Positions 1 to 14,146 of a DNA stretch of 64,000 nt are shown here, piece after piece; position 1 is the stretch's first letter; every line of letters starts with the position of its first letter. This DNA is from Octopus vulgaris (Eukaryota). The DNA lies in the NCBI GenBank assembly GCA_951406725.2, contig OX597831.1:63736001-63800000 (forward strand), given 5' to 3'. The notes under the pieces were generated by a model. It was given only the letters and a program-made list of their open reading frames with translations, ran no database searches and was not told the origin of the DNA. Made by a program: the position numbers and the translations under genes.

Positions 1-161
1 TACCTAACATTGAGTGCTGGATGCAGTCTCATGGAACCAGTTCTCATGAGAACTCACCATTCCTGTAGAGGAAGCATGTTTAGTTCCATCATCCTCTAGC
101 ACAGGAGACAGCATGCTTTGTACACAGTAAATGTAAATTACTCAGTGATCTAAAGCATATA

Positions 162-575
162 GGTGTAGGAGTGGCTGTGTGGTAAGTAGCTTGTTTACGA
201 TCCACATCGTTCTGGGTTCAGTCCTACTGCGTGGCACCTTGGGCATGTGTCTTCTACTATAGCCTCAGGTCGACCAAAGCCTTGTGAGTGGATTTGGTAG
301 ACGGAAACTGAAAGAAGCCCATCGTATATATGTATATATATATATATATATATGTGCGTGTGTGTGTATACGTTAGTGTGTCTGTGTTTGTCCCCCCACT
401 GACATCGCTTGACAACCGATGCTGGTGTATTTACGTCACCGTAACTTAGTGGTTCAGCAAAAGCGACCAATAGAATAAGTACTAGGCTTACAAAGAATAA
501 GTCCTGGGGTTGATTTGCTCAACTAAAGGTGGTACTCCAGCATGGCCACAGTCAAATGACTGAAACAAGTAAAAA
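162..575 (+). mobile_element. tRNA-derived SINE family A (CORE-like CCTTGGGCA motif, internal TA/TG microsatellite)
   Basis: A-box-like GTGGCTGTGTGGT and B-box-like GGTTCAGTCCT; tail GACTGAAACAAGTAAAA; many near-identical copies in the window. Confidence 0.85.
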
Positions 576-940
576 AAAATATATTAGATTGAGGAAGAAA
601 GAGAAGAGGGAGCAAGGTGAGTAGAAAGGCCATGAACAAGTAGTTGAGAGTGGGGAGGGAAGTGTAATCATTGAGAGAAACTCACTAACCTTGGGCACAT
701 CCATTTGCTCAGAAGACTGAGGAGAGAGGTAAGAGAGAGAGAAAGAAAGAAAGACTTCAGAAAGACCAAAAATGGGTGGAAGGGGGTAAGAGTATGATGG
801 GGAAAGCAGGGATATTTGAAGGTGGTGTTGATAAAGAGTAAATGGCAACAGCAGAGGTGTTTGTGTATATACATAGACATGCACAAATATATATATGCTT
901 ATGAACATGCACACATATACATGCATGTACACATGCATAA

Positions 941-988
<48 letters not shown>

Positions 989-2275
989 GTGTGTGTGTGT
1001 GTTTCTATGTATATATATGTGTGTATTATTTTTACTTTATGTTATATTTGAAGAATTCTTTTTTATCTCCTTGAAATTTAAAATACTCTTTCCTAATTAG
1101 ATTTTCAGCATTCCAGTTCTCCTTTTTTCTTTTTTCTATCAACATAATATGAATACACCATTATCAATTTTACCAATATTTAGTAAATGCCTACACTAAT
1201 GCAGATGTCTTTATAACCTCTAAGTCTCCCATACAAGAGTGAAATCCAGCAAAATTTTAGTTATAAATGTTGAAGTTTTATTGATTTAAAACCCTTGGGA
1301 AAAGCTAAAATTAATGTGCTGCACTAGAAAAAAAAAAATCACTGTAAAATCAATAATACAGGTTTAACATCTGTGCACTCATCTTTTATTCCACACCTAG
1401 ATAACTTTTTTTTTTGCTCCCCCTCAATCACAACATCTATTTCCACTATATGTTCATATTTGAACATTTATTTTAATGTTTCTCTAACACATAGAACAAG
1501 AACTGGTACTTCCTAATGGAATATTCTTCATTGTATGTTACACTTTTCCTAAATATTTTTCATCTTTTCATGAAAAAAAAAATAATAATAAATAAAGGCA
1601 GAATAAAGTAGCTGAATGTATTTATAATTCCATTTCAAATATTTTAGTGCCCAGCTATATCTGTCAGTATTGGTGACTCAATATTCCATCTATTTCAAGA
1701 GTTTTATGTATCCAACTCTTCTTTCTTCCTCCAAAACAAGTTTATTTAAGGGTTGCAGGTATAGCTGCATGGTTAAGAAATCCACTCCTCAACTAAATAT
1801 TTTATGTTTGACCCCTTCTAGGCTTCACCTAGAGAAAGTGTTTTCTAACATAGCCTTGTGGTGACCAAAACCCCATAAATGAAAACTGATAGATGAAAGC
1901 TATGCAGAACCCTTGTTCAAGGTTATCTCTAGTAGGGTCCACTCTGATGCAAGAGCATGGACCATGTCTCCAGTTCCAGTTTTAGAATAACCTCTCCTCC
2001 TTCTAACAATCTTGGAATCTCTATAAAGGGTTGTTTGTACTGCTCTTCCTCCTAAACCATAAAAACTAGTTAGCCAGACTACCTTCATTCTGAGCTGTTA
2101 TGAAAGTGCCTCTGTTATACACTTTTGTCGATTTAGTCTTTTCTCATTCTTAGTACAGTTTCCTACCAACAAGCTTTTGTTATTCTTTGATGTTATCAAG
2201 TCACAAACTTCTTTACAATTATACTAACTTCTGAAAATGTCGGAGTTTTATAATATTTTGCTTACAGATCACTTT

Positions 2276-2380
2276 CATCATCATCATCATTGTTTAACGT
2301 CCGCTTTCCATGCTAGCATGGGTTGGACGATTTTGGCTGAAGGCTGGCGAACCAGATGGCTGCACCAGGCTCCAATCTTG
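2276..2380 (-). mobile_element. 3' fragment of repeat family C ((GAT)n-tailed SINE or RTE-like 3' end)
   Basis: Reverse complement of the CCAACCCATGCTAGCATGGAAAGCGGACGTTAAAC(GAT)n tail shared with the 11.7, 14.1, 29.2 and 39.1 kb copies. Confidence 0.8.
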
Positions 2381-3644
2381 AATTTAATATAAAAGATTGC
2401 ATTCAAGATTGAATTTGATATAAAAGATTGAATTTGATATAAAAGATTGCATTTCCTCTCCTCTACCAACATGTATTATGAACTGTTGAAAACTAATTAC
2501 ACTAGTTATATAACAAGCAGAAAAGGTGAAGAGATCCTTTATGATTTTTTGGCTGACAAGAAACTTTAATGCTCCTTTAATACCTGACATACTATATTTA
2601 TTGTTCATCTTTGTCTGCACAACGTCTAATGGCTACATATTATATCAGTCGTTTAAAGGGCTTCTCCTCCCCACCTCACTCTCTCTCTCTCTCTCGATCC
2701 CTCTCTCTCTTTCTCCCTCTCTCTGGCTCACTCACACGTTTTAAAACAATTGAAACTCGTTTCTCTTTATTTCTTCCAACTTCCTTAGTTGTCTGTATTC
2801 ACAATAATCATTGTCTATCTTATACACTCACATAGGTATGTATATATATATATATATATACTCTCTCTCTCTCTCTCTTCCTCTCACTGCCCCCTTTCCC
2901 CATTGTAACAGATGTTCTGGATAGTCTAAATATGCATGGACACTTGTTTTAGCTAAAAGCAGTAATAGCATAATAGTCGAATGGAATATTAAATTTAAGC
3001 ACCATCATGCCATCCAGTCAGGTTTTGATCATCACATTTCCGGTTTTATATTCTCAGATATCTTAATGTGTCTGAAAACTGATAATAAACAGTGGACAGT
3101 TAGATCTTTCAACTACAGATTTTGAAGTTAAAATCAACAGTTCTAAGTAACACAGACATCAGTCAAAATATTTGTATATGTGGCACCGCTGTACTGTTAT
3201 GTCAGATTTAAATGTGACATTATCGATTCTAGTTTGTAAACATATATTGATATTTTGATCTAAAATTTGCATACTGGCATGATATTTAAAATCTCTGTTC
3301 AAACTAAATACAGTCATATGAACCAACAGTAGATTGTTATATGAACTTCTGTGTAATTATTCAACCTGTTAGAAATAACAACCAAAACCAGCCTCGTGTC
3401 GCACTGCAACTTCTTGGTTAAAGGAGGACATATATAATAATGTAGTTCTATGCCTTAAAAATAAATGAGATAATCACAGCTGGAATACTTTTAATCATAG
3501 GCTGATCCAGTTGGGGGTTGACCTGGTAATAAACAAACAGTGCTATTAGATTCTCTTCATGCATAAATAATTCTGACATTAAATAAAATAATTATATTAG
3601 TTTTGCCATATATGGTTATACATACATACATACATGAATACATA

Positions 3645-4198
3645 TATATGGTGGCTGCCCCCTCGTTATCGAGTATGGCCATTGCACGAAGCTTAATCAA
3701 TGTTGTTATCGTGCAATGCCTGTGCAAGAAGATTTCTTTTAAAGTGAGGAAAGGCTGTGCACTGAGTCAATCCCACTCACTAAGCAACAGCAGCCATAAT
3801 CCGAAAAGAAGAACAAGTCAACATCATCGGTAACCACTGAGCCACAGGTTTTATATTGGAGTTATCCCAGTTACCTGAGTTACCTTCTCCTAGAAGGATG
3901 CCCTAACAAAGGCTGGGAGTCCTTCACTCCCAATGGTTTAACCACGCGATAGGGTATTCAGTCCGATTATTTCTATGTCCCCGCGCATGATACAGCCTTA
4001 AGACATTTATTGGATGGCCGTTGACTCTCAAAAGTTCCTCCGCCCTTTGACGGGTTTTGTTTTTCATCCCGCAGGGTGTCCAATAAACACCCTCCTCACC
4101 AAGCAAGCTTGGTGGGGTTGCCAGTTTAGTCGCCGATGACCCGACCATGCAACAGGTTGTACTGAGTTACATGTTACCAGTAGCACTTGAAAGTGACC
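3645..4198 (-). mobile_element. Non-autonomous RTE-like retroelement derivative (5'UTR joined to 3' end)
   Basis: GC-richer block bounded by ACAT/AT microsatellites. Contains TTACCTTCTCCTAG...AAGGCTG, resembling reverse RTE 5'UTRs, and an RTE-like 3' terminal stem. No coding ORF. Confidence 0.5.
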
Positions 4199-4725
4199 TG
4201 ACATAAACATACATACATACATACATACATACATACATACATACCGTCGTCGTTGCTGGTGGACAGTTTGACATGGAGCTGGGTAGCAGCCAGCTGTCCG
4301 GACTACAACTCTCTGTTGTGACATGGTTTCTATGGCTGGATGCCAGAGACAAGCATAGCTGAGTAGACAAAATGTTCTCAATCTCAATCTCAAAATGTGC
4401 CATCTTCAGCAAGTGCCTTTACCATAACCTTGGGTTTGCCCAAGAAATGTAAGTGAATTTGGAAAGGCAGAAACTGTGTAGAAGTCTGCCATAGGTACAT
4501 GCGTGTGTGTGGAATACTCAGCCACTAAACCAATGAGTAGGCCATCCAGTTGATCAAGAAACTGACTATTCACCATATAGAGGGGAAGAATCCCTTTTAT
4601 ATCATCTTCAGTATCATTTCCATAGTTTTAATATCCACAATTGTGAGTAGGCCACAGAAAGGGCATCCAGTCATAGAAAAACCACATCAATGAATTCCAG
4701 TTGAGCTATATGTGCATGGAAATGC

Positions 4726-4764
4726 GATGATGATGATGATGACAATGACGACGATGATGATGAC

Positions 4765-4804
<40 letters not shown>

Positions 4805-4866
4805 GTGATGGTGATGGTGATGATGGTGATGATGGTGATGACGACGACGATGATGATGATGATGAT
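4726..4866. repeat. (GAT/GAC/GGT)n trinucleotide microsatellite, tail of a decayed family C element
   Basis: Seen directly; preceded by a GGGCATCCAG...GCATGGAAA remnant. Confidence 0.9.
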
Positions 4867-5586
4867 ATAAGCAATATTGCCTGAAATGCCCAATTTTATC
4901 ATAGTAGAGTGCTTGTTAAAATATTATTTAGATTTGTTTATGCATCACAAGAAATAACTCAATTTCTGCAGGTTCTACAGAGCTACACTACACGGAGTAC
5001 ATTATAGTTATATTTAGATACATCATCCTTTTAATTTCCATTTCTCATTCCAGTTGATTTTGTCACTTTTGCCTCCAGGATTGATAAAAAAAACAACTTT
5101 CTAATGAGAAGACAAAATGACAGGAATCTAAATGAGGCGTATGTCCATTTGTAACATGTTTCTGCTTACTTGAACATGAACATGGCTTATCACAGTTGGA
5201 TTTCATCCTAGAAAACGACTTTTCTCTATAAAAGATATATGTAAACACCACACTAGCTCTGGTGTCTATAGCGAGTTGTTCTCCGAGACAAAATCAAACA
5301 TCAAAAACCTGTTCAAGAATGCAGAAACATGTTAAAAAGTTTTGTAGACATCATTATTTGGATAAGATAACTACTTTAAGAATGGAAATTAAATTTCACC
5401 CTTCAACCCGGTACCTACTGAATTTTAATGCTTTTTTCTTTGATTTTTTCTTACATCAAAGAAGTAGCCCTCTTTCACACGCACATACATACTCTCTTAT
5501 ACACACACGCACCTTTGTGTTGGGGGTCATCTTTACCTTGTTATCTCCCCTACTTTCCTTCCTGTGTTTGACCCCTCTGTCCAGCA

Positions 5587-6025
5587 CAAGTCGCCATGAT
5601 AGATCGTTAACCACTACACACATTTTTTTCTCTCCTTGTTTTTTCTGTGTCCCTTTCTGTAGAAGAGCATAGGCTCGAAACGTAAAAGACTTTTTCTATT
5701 CCTGAGCGTTATACTAATACATCTGTTTGTTTTGTACACCACCCGCCTTCGTCTTTTGTTTTTTTCATAAACTCTCCCTATATATATACCAAGAAAGTTA
5801 GGGGTTGTGGGTATATATATACCAAGTCGCCATGATAGATCGGTAACCACTACACACATTTTTTCCTCTCTTTGGTTTTTCTGTGTCCCTTTCTGTAGAA
5901 GAGCGTAGGCTCGAAACGTAAAATACTTTTTTCTATTCCTAAGCGTTATACTAATACATCTGTTTGTTTTGTACACCACCTGTCTTCGTCTTTTGTTGTT
6001 TTTTTCGTAAACTCTCCCTATATAC
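5587..6025 (+). mobile_element. Tandem dimer (236-nt period) of a Penelope-LTR/retrozyme-like repeat, each unit with a minimal hammerhead-like motif
   Basis: Both units begin CAAGTCGCCATGATAGATCG (5587, 5823). Each has TTT-CTGTAGA-A-GAGC(RTAG)GCTC-GAAAC-GTA-AAA. Further copies at 22725-22925 and, with the core deleted, 21614-21724. Confidence 0.7.
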
Positions 6026-6053
6026 ATTTACATGATTGGATGTATGTGTAAGA

Positions 6054-6086
<33 letters not shown>

Positions 6087-9000
6087 CTGCAGGCATATGT
6101 GATGTGAGTGATGTGATCATGGGATGTAGTGTATGTGTATTTGAAAAAGAAAATGCTGCTTTATTTTCTTACAGCTAAAATTGTTAAATATTTGAATAGT
6201 ATTTCCTGTTAGAATATATTTTATCTTTCTTTGACATAAAGTCCAGACTGAAATGTTAAATCTTCCTCAAAGCTTTTTAACTATTCCACTTTATGAATGT
6301 ATTGTTCTTAACTATTTGTCAATGCAGTCCAACATGCTTCCTTCGATTCTACTGCTCTACTTTGTGTATAGTTTGCAATCTTACTATTTTGTTAGTACAA
6401 TAATTTTGTCCTACTTTATTCATAAGTAAAATATAAACATAAACTTAACAGATATTGACATTACAAGAATAAATAAATTATACTGTTTGTGATTTTTTTT
6501 CTTTCTGAAAAAGCAGTCTTTTTATGTGTTTAAATTTTTCAGAGATAAATAAATTAAATTTGTTTATTGCTATTTTGTCTTATAATTTATTAAATTCTAT
6601 TGCACCATTTTGTAATTTAATTTTTTTCAAACTTGCAATGATAATTTTTCTGAACTTTATGCTGTTTATTTTTGTTCAGAAAAATCGTTTTTCATGAAGA
6701 TGTTTGGCTTCCTTTCCTAAGGCACTGAAATATTTTCACACAACTACCTCAGTTTCATTTCTTCTAACTTTGATTGCATAACAAATGCACTCTTTCAATT
6801 GTATTGAGAAACTTAGCATAATTTTTTAGAGGGAAGTTTTGAAAAACTAGAATCTAATTAATGTTTAAAATACTTATTCAATTGATTGCTACTACTTCAA
6901 AAATGATAAAATAATTTTTCATAATGAAAAAATGTAAACTGAAATAAAACCATAACGCTATTTAGTTTTCAGTAACCCAAAGTTCAATTCTGTCTTAGGA
7001 ATGCTTTAGGCATCAGTAAATTCATTTTTGAATTGCTTTCATTATTTCATCTCCAAGAAAGGCTTTCATCTGCTAACTAGCAATCCATTTCAATTGTAGC
7101 TATAGAAGTTATACATAGTTTTGGTGCCAATCTGCATGAATAGTTGTACTGTAAATCTTCGCTTTTAAATCCATTTCTTCAGTTTCAATTAAATAGTTGT
7201 GTGTTGAGATGCATTCAGATAATTAGTTGGTAAAATAGAAATTAGATGAACTTCCATAACACTTGTTTGATTGATGCTGAGAAAGAGAATCATTAAGGAG
7301 GAAACCCTTGCTTTGGTTCGTTTCGAAATAACTATAAGATGCTAGCTGCTTTCAAGCTAATTGTCAATGATAATTATTAAGAATAGGACACAGGTTGATT
7401 CCTATTGAAATCGGCAGACTCATTTCTAGTGGAGTACTGATTGTTAGGTCCCTTGATCATAGTTGTTGCTATAGTTACACCATGATAAAATTAACCTTTT
7501 AGTTTGGGGGTATTTTAGAAAAGGAAATTTAGGGTGGAAACAATAATAAAAGAGAAAACCAATAAACAAAGCAACTCAACAGATTCTTTACATTCTACAT
7601 GCAATTAAAACTATTCAATAAAGTGTAAGAAACAAATAAAATATCACATGCCACATGAATTTCAATGAAGGGTTTAGTTCAGATAGAAATATTAAAAATG
7701 CCATGTCAGATAAAAGGATATAGTTTGTCTAGAACAAAGTATGAGTTATAGCGATGAACAAGAATTGTGAACAATATTAGTGAGGAGGTGGATAGGGTAG
7801 AATAAATACCAGCCATAATTTGTTTTGAATTAATTTTGAACTTAACAGCCTGTTGCCCAATATGCTGTCAACTGAATGACTGTTCCCCTTTCAAAAGATA
7901 TATTTATTTCAAAATGAAAAAAAAAATGTAGTCAAATTTGATAAATAAATATGACAAATATTTTATACATACATTAAAAGTATTTCAAAACCATGACAAC
8001 TAAAGTGAAACAGATTGAATGGTTTACTAAGCCATTCTCAATGCCAAACAGTCTACAGCTTAAATATTAATAATTGTTGTATTGCCGTTCTCTTGAATCA
8101 CTATGTACAGTATTAAACTGTGGTAATTAATATATTTGAGACTAGTATAGAAATAAATGCTGCTTTCAATATAAGAGTTCATTCAATGAGAGGATTCATA
8201 CAGTTTTAGTTGTTATATCGGTGAAATTTGTAAACAAGCTGAAAATCTTAATAAATAATTTGAAAGATAAGAGATTATTCATAAATCTAAGAATGTTATG
8301 AAAATCAGAAAAGAAAGCTTTAAAATTGATCAGCCAATCAGATGAAATGTAATACTAATTTTATACAATCTGTATGATATAAGCAGCAAATAAAGGGGTA
8401 GCTATTTAATGAATTGCTAATTGTAAGATAATTAGTTTCTCAAATTCATTGGTGTTGGAAATTTGAAAGAAAATTGATTACTACTTTTCTCTCCTGATTA
8501 GAAAAGGATTTCTATTGAAGATCAGAACTAATTGGGAACCAGGTTGTCAAATGAATTGATTACAGTAGGTCACGTAGTTTAGTATAAGTAGCCGTTTTTG
8601 GTTAGACAATGAAGAGATTGGTATGCTGTCCATATTTGACAAATGCAACCAACTTGTCATCAAATACAGCTCATCTGCGTTAGCCCTTTTATTACCCTAT
8701 TTATGATGAAAGACACTTCTTTTGTTTTGATTTATTTTGAAATTAATAAAGAATTCAGTAAAATAACAATGTCACAATTAAGCTAGTGTTTGGAACATGA
8801 ATGAACTTGGAATGTCATTGGAAAGTTTTAATTTAAATAACTTCCTATTTAAATAATCAAAGAATTTGTATCATAGAACCAAGAGTGCCAGCTTTTCAAT
8901 AGATTTTATGATATTTAAGTGTAAAGTTAATCTTACTATTTACAAATAAAATATCATTGGAATATTTTTCTCCTTTATAAATTCAACAAAAATAGGGAAA

Positions 9001-10239
9001 ATGCAATTAGTAATTAATAAATTATTATCTGTCTTAAAGTTGATATTAATGTCTAGCTAATAACTTAAACCATTTTATTCTCATTGGGTTTTTCATTTCT
9101 GTAGGCTAAACATTTTGGAAGGCAAACTTGGTTATTTTATTGCTCAGTGCACCTAGCATATCAATCTTTCATATTTAATAATATTGATAAGAACATCATT
9201 ATTATCATAAGTATCATTTGATGCTTGAATTCCATGCTGGCATGGGTTGGACAATTTGGCAAGATCTAATGTGTCAGATGTCTGTGTTGAGCTCTAATAT
9301 CTGTTTTGGTAAGCTTTCTTTGGCTGGATGCCTTTCCTAATACCAACCACTTTACAGAGTGTACTGGGTGTATTTTTTGCTGCACCAAGTAACTCACGAG
9401 ACAAGACCCCATGAGAGATTTGGGTTGCAGTATTGAGAGACATAGTTTTATGTCTGGTATTGAGAGTCTATTATGATAGAGACAGGAACAGGTATTTTGC
9501 TGTAGAGGAGGTACATTCTACTTTCTTTCTTAAATTCTGTTGTGATCCCATTGTATCTTTTGAGTGTCCAGTTTGCACATTGTCAACTTATCAAACAGGG
9601 TTTAGTGTATTGTCTGTTTTCCTGCCATATGAATGAGGTAATCTACAGAAACCCTTCATAGAAATGGCACTTTTGTTGATCCAGTAGGCCTGATTCAGGA
9701 GCATAGTCAAGGATAAAATTTGCTGTCACGCTTTACACGAATAGCCTAAGCTTAATTACCCAATCTACAAAATATCCATTTCTCTGCTAAAAGTATACCC
9801 CCTACACATGCACACACTATTACTACTATCTACCTTGACAAATTTATACCTGTGTTCTTTGCTCATGAGGAGTCTGCCTGATGCTTAACTCCATCTTAGC
9901 ACTTGTGTGTAGAACACATCTATGTGCCTCCATTCTGGCATTTCAGTAATATCATCAGACCTACCTTTAATTGTGCTTATATTGATTGTGGCTGCCCTAA
10001 GTTTGCAAACTTGAAACGGAAGGTTATCAACTTATCAACATATATGAAAACAGACCTGGTCTTAGTATGGAAAAGGAACGGGGCAACAATATATCTTGCT
10101 CTAAGTTTATTGGTGTCACTTCATACAAAAATATACATCAATGAAGACAATGATGGTGTAGATTCGAAATAATAATATTTAATATTCGCAGAAAAATTAA
10201 TAATAATACTCATTGGAAGTGTTATCATGTACATGTTTT

Positions 10240-10759
10240 GTCTAGGTATAAAAGACGGGCTACAGCAAATATCCTACTCAATACCACAGATTTGCTTACT
10301 AGTTGCTTGACCTTAACCAGTTGAGCATGTCCCTTAGTGCATCTCTGATCATGAGCAGAAATAATGCGGGAGTATCATAGCCATGTATTGAGAGGAATTC
10401 TTTGGGATTTGGATAATTCACCTCTAGGAACATGGGTGTTTTGCTCATCATCCTCAAACAACATATTCAGGGACCTTTTTGAATGGGATGAGCTACTCGA
10501 CCAGAAGAAAATTCTGACTGGGCCCCACTTGCAAGGTCATGCGCTGTTTATCTTGATATGAGATCGCCATGTCGCGCATACATGGTTGTGATGCATGTGC
10601 CTGGTGTACCCTAATCAGAAGGGTAGTCACGATGGGTATGCTGGGCTTCATATATTTTACCCCAATGTCACTTTGATGGCATGCACTACTCTCTCACTCA
10701 ATAATAATAATAATAATAGAAGTAGTAATATTTTGATAAATAATCCCTTATTGGTGATG

Positions 10760-10795
<36 letters not shown>
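10240..10795 (+). mobile_element. Interspersed retroelement 3' region ending in an (AAT)n tail
   Basis: GC-richer block ending CTCTCTCACTC(AAT)n. Family recognised from memory of octopus repeats only. Confidence 0.55.
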
Positions 10796-11378
10796 GGGAC
10801 AATATTAAGGTCAATGTCATATGAAGTAAGGATAGTAATGTATTCAATTAGATTGTTTTTTGATTTTAGATATTAAAGTTACTTGTTGGCTTTTGCTCTT
10901 GGATCTCTTAGAATTTTTGCAGAAATTGTGACTTGAGATTTTAGGCATTCCACCAAAATTATTTTAAAGAAACGTGTGACAATTTTGTTGTGAGATGTAG
11001 CTATCATTCAAATAATGGTTCCACCATTCTTAGATTGCATTCTTCAGTTTCTAGCAGTTGTATCATATTTTGAATTCAGAGATTGTTTTAAACTCAGGAG
11101 ATCTATTTGATCATCATCTCAGAATATAGTTAGTTTTCACACACTTAGTATTGGCTTTTATTTTTTTCTATTTTCAACAACCTTGACATTTATTCCTAAA
11201 CCATACCACCCAATATCACTAGAAATCCATACAAGTAATAATATATTTATCTGCAATTAGTGTAATGTGTTCGTTTGCAACTCATCCTTATGCTTGTTTA
11301 TGTATCTTATTTGAGACACTATAACAGTTTCTGCTTGAATGTGTCATTCACGTATATGTCATTCACGTATGTGTCATT

Positions 11379-11736
11379 CTGTGCCGGTGGCATGTAGGAG
11401 GCACCATTCGAGCGGGATTGTTACCAGCATCGCCTTACTGGCACCTGTGCCATTGGCATGTGTAAAAAAATTCGAGCGAGGTCGTTGCCAGTACTGCCTG
11501 ACTGGCCCATGTGTAAAAATTCGAGCGAGGTCATTGCCAGTACCGCCTGACTGGCCCCCGTGCCGGTGGCACGTAAAAGCACCCAGTACACTCTTGGAGT
11601 GGTTGGCGTTAGGAAGGGCATCCAGCTGTAGAAACTCTGCCAGATCAAGACTGGAGCTTGGTGCAGCCATCTGGTTTGCCAGCCCACAGTCAAACTGTCC
11701 AACCCATGCTAGCATGGAAAGCGAATGTTAAACGAC

Positions 11737-11772
<36 letters not shown>
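11379..11772 (+). mobile_element. Repeat family C element with internal ~55-60 bp tandem repeats and (GAT)n tail
   Basis: Repeated GCCGGTGGCA/TTCGAGCGAGGTC units and a conserved tail; ATGTGTCAT on both flanks (TSD-like). Confidence 0.8.
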
Positions 11773-11773
<1 letters not shown>

Positions 11774-13052
11774 TGTCATCTTTTTTCAAATTAGTAACTC
11801 TGCACATCTATATAGAATGACATGCAGTGATCATAATCTATTTTTATAGAGTGGGTTTATTCAAGAATTCCCTGATAAAACCGAGAATCACATATATGAT
11901 ATGTACATCATGAGATATATCAAAATAGTTGTTTCGAAACCAAGCAATGTCTAAACTGCTCAAAAGATTAGAGAACTCACATAACTGGTGTTAGAAAAAT
12001 CTGCTTATATAATATTATATAAAATTAAGAAATAAATTGAATCTTATTATATGATTTTAGAAAAGTGAATCAAACCAAAAAGATTTTTTCTAATGATATT
12101 GATTAAATAGAGTCCAGTTTTAAAAAGCTTGTCAATTACTAAAGAAAACAGCGATAGAAATTCCCAGTAACTTTCTAGTTGCACTCTAATTGATGTCATA
12201 CTATGTAAAACATTTGACTAATTAAACTACTAGAGATTGAATTTTCAAAAAGTCTGGCTGTATACCAGAGAACTTCTTAAGAAATTATGAGAATGACAAT
12301 GACAGTGATGACAGCGACAACAATGATGATGATGATGATGATCGTAACTATGACTACAATGATGACGATTATGATTATGATGATGATTATGATGATGACC
12401 ATGATAAGAGTTGTTCAAGTTGATTGGTATTCTTTGGATACTAATTTATATTTTTAACTAAATGCTGACGTAAATTAAAGAGTTCAACTTCTCATAACAT
12501 TTTGTATCAATAACTTCAGCTGTCATATTGAGACTAACTAATGAAGAACGAATATATTGGAATAAAAGTTTTAATAGGCTTCTCATGATATTGATTTTCT
12601 GAGTGCATACAATTTAGTTTTTTATTTTCCTATTAACATAAATCTTATTACAAATAGTTATTTATGCTCCAAGGCACCTTTGTACTCTTAACCTTTCCTT
12701 TTTAGTATCATTTTCTATTTCTATTGGTTACACCAGTCATATATAAACTGGACTGAGGCTGTATTTTATTTTTCTCTCTCAAATTTCAAGTGGCAGTCAA
12801 TAGACTCGCAAACTTACTTCTTTCTGCTTTTGTTCAAGAGTGTGAATCAATTTCAAAGAATACACGAATTGACTTCAAAGACTACATGAATCTGTTTAGA
12901 TGACTACAGGAATCTATTTAAAATCAGTACCAGAATTAAAAGTGGAATGCATTTCAATTAATACATTTTCAATAACTTACTAAAAAATAGTCACTTCTGA
13001 AAATTAGAATTATTATGAAAGTGACAAGATGACAGAATCACTAGCACTAGCA

Positions 13053-13220
13053 GGAATAGGAGTGGCTGTGTGGTAAGTAGCTTGCTTACCAACCACATGG
13101 TTCCAGGTTCAGTCCCACTGCGTGGCACCTTGGGCAAGTGTCTTCTACTATAGCCTTGGGCCAACCAATGCCTTGTGAGTGGATTTGGTAGACAGAAACT
13201 GAGAGAAGCCTGTCGTATAT

Positions 13221-13251
<31 letters not shown>

Positions 13252-13487
13252 CATATATATATGTATGTGTATGTGTATATGTTTGTGTGTCTGTGTTTGT
13301 CCCCCCAACATCGCTTGACAACTGATGCTGGTGTGTTTACGTCCCCCGTAGCTTAGTGGTTCGGCAAAAGAGACCAATAGAATATGTACTAGGCTTACAA
13401 AGAATAAGTCCTGGGGTTGATTTGCTCGACTAAAAGGTGATGCTCCAGCATGGCCACAGTCAAATGACTGAAACAAGTAAAAGAGTA
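13053..13487 (+). mobile_element. SINE family A, full length
   Basis: Colinear with 162-575. Confidence 0.88.
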
Positions 13488-13685
13488 TGCCAGATAAAAT
13501 GTTTAGCAGCATTTCTTCTGGCTTTACATTTTTGAGTTCAAATCCTACTGAGGTTGGCTTTGCTATTCATTCATTCAAGACTGATAACATAAATACCAGC
13601 TGAACACAGATGTCAGTGTAATTCACTAGCACCCTTCAAAATTTCCCCCAAAATTTCAGACCTTGTGATTGTAGGAGACAGAGTC

Positions 13686-14146
13686 GAAATCAAATTCGGT
13701 GACTGGCATCCGTTGCTAGTGGAGCGCTAAGAGTACTACACGAGTGAGATCATTGCCAGAGCAACAAGCTGGCCTCCAAGCCGATGGCACGTTAAGCACA
13801 CCATTCGAGCATGATCGTTACCACGTCGCCTTACTAGCACTTATGCTGGTGGCATGGGAAATATTCGAGCGAGGTCATCGCCAGTGCCGCTGGACTGGCT
13901 CCTGTGCAGGTGACATGTAAAAAGCATCATTTGGGCATGGCCGTTGCCAATATCACCAAACTGGCCCTCACGCTGGTGGCACATAAAAGCACCCACTACA
14001 CTCTCGGAGTGGTTGGCATTAGGAAGTCATCCAGCTGTAGAAATTCTGCCAGATCAGATTGGAGTCTGGTTCGCCAGACCTCAATCGAATCGTCCAACCC
14101 ATGCTAGCATGGAAAGCGGACATTAAATGATGATGATGATGATGAT
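13686..14146 (+). mobile_element. Repeat family C element
   Basis: Same internal repeats and (GAT)n tail as 11379-11772. Confidence 0.8.

Noticed and set aside
12991-13512. 173-aa ORF and similar '...GYSRRHLPK...GTEPGTMWLVSKLLTT' ORFs elsewhere
   Set aside because: Antisense reading of SINE family A; it recurs at every copy.
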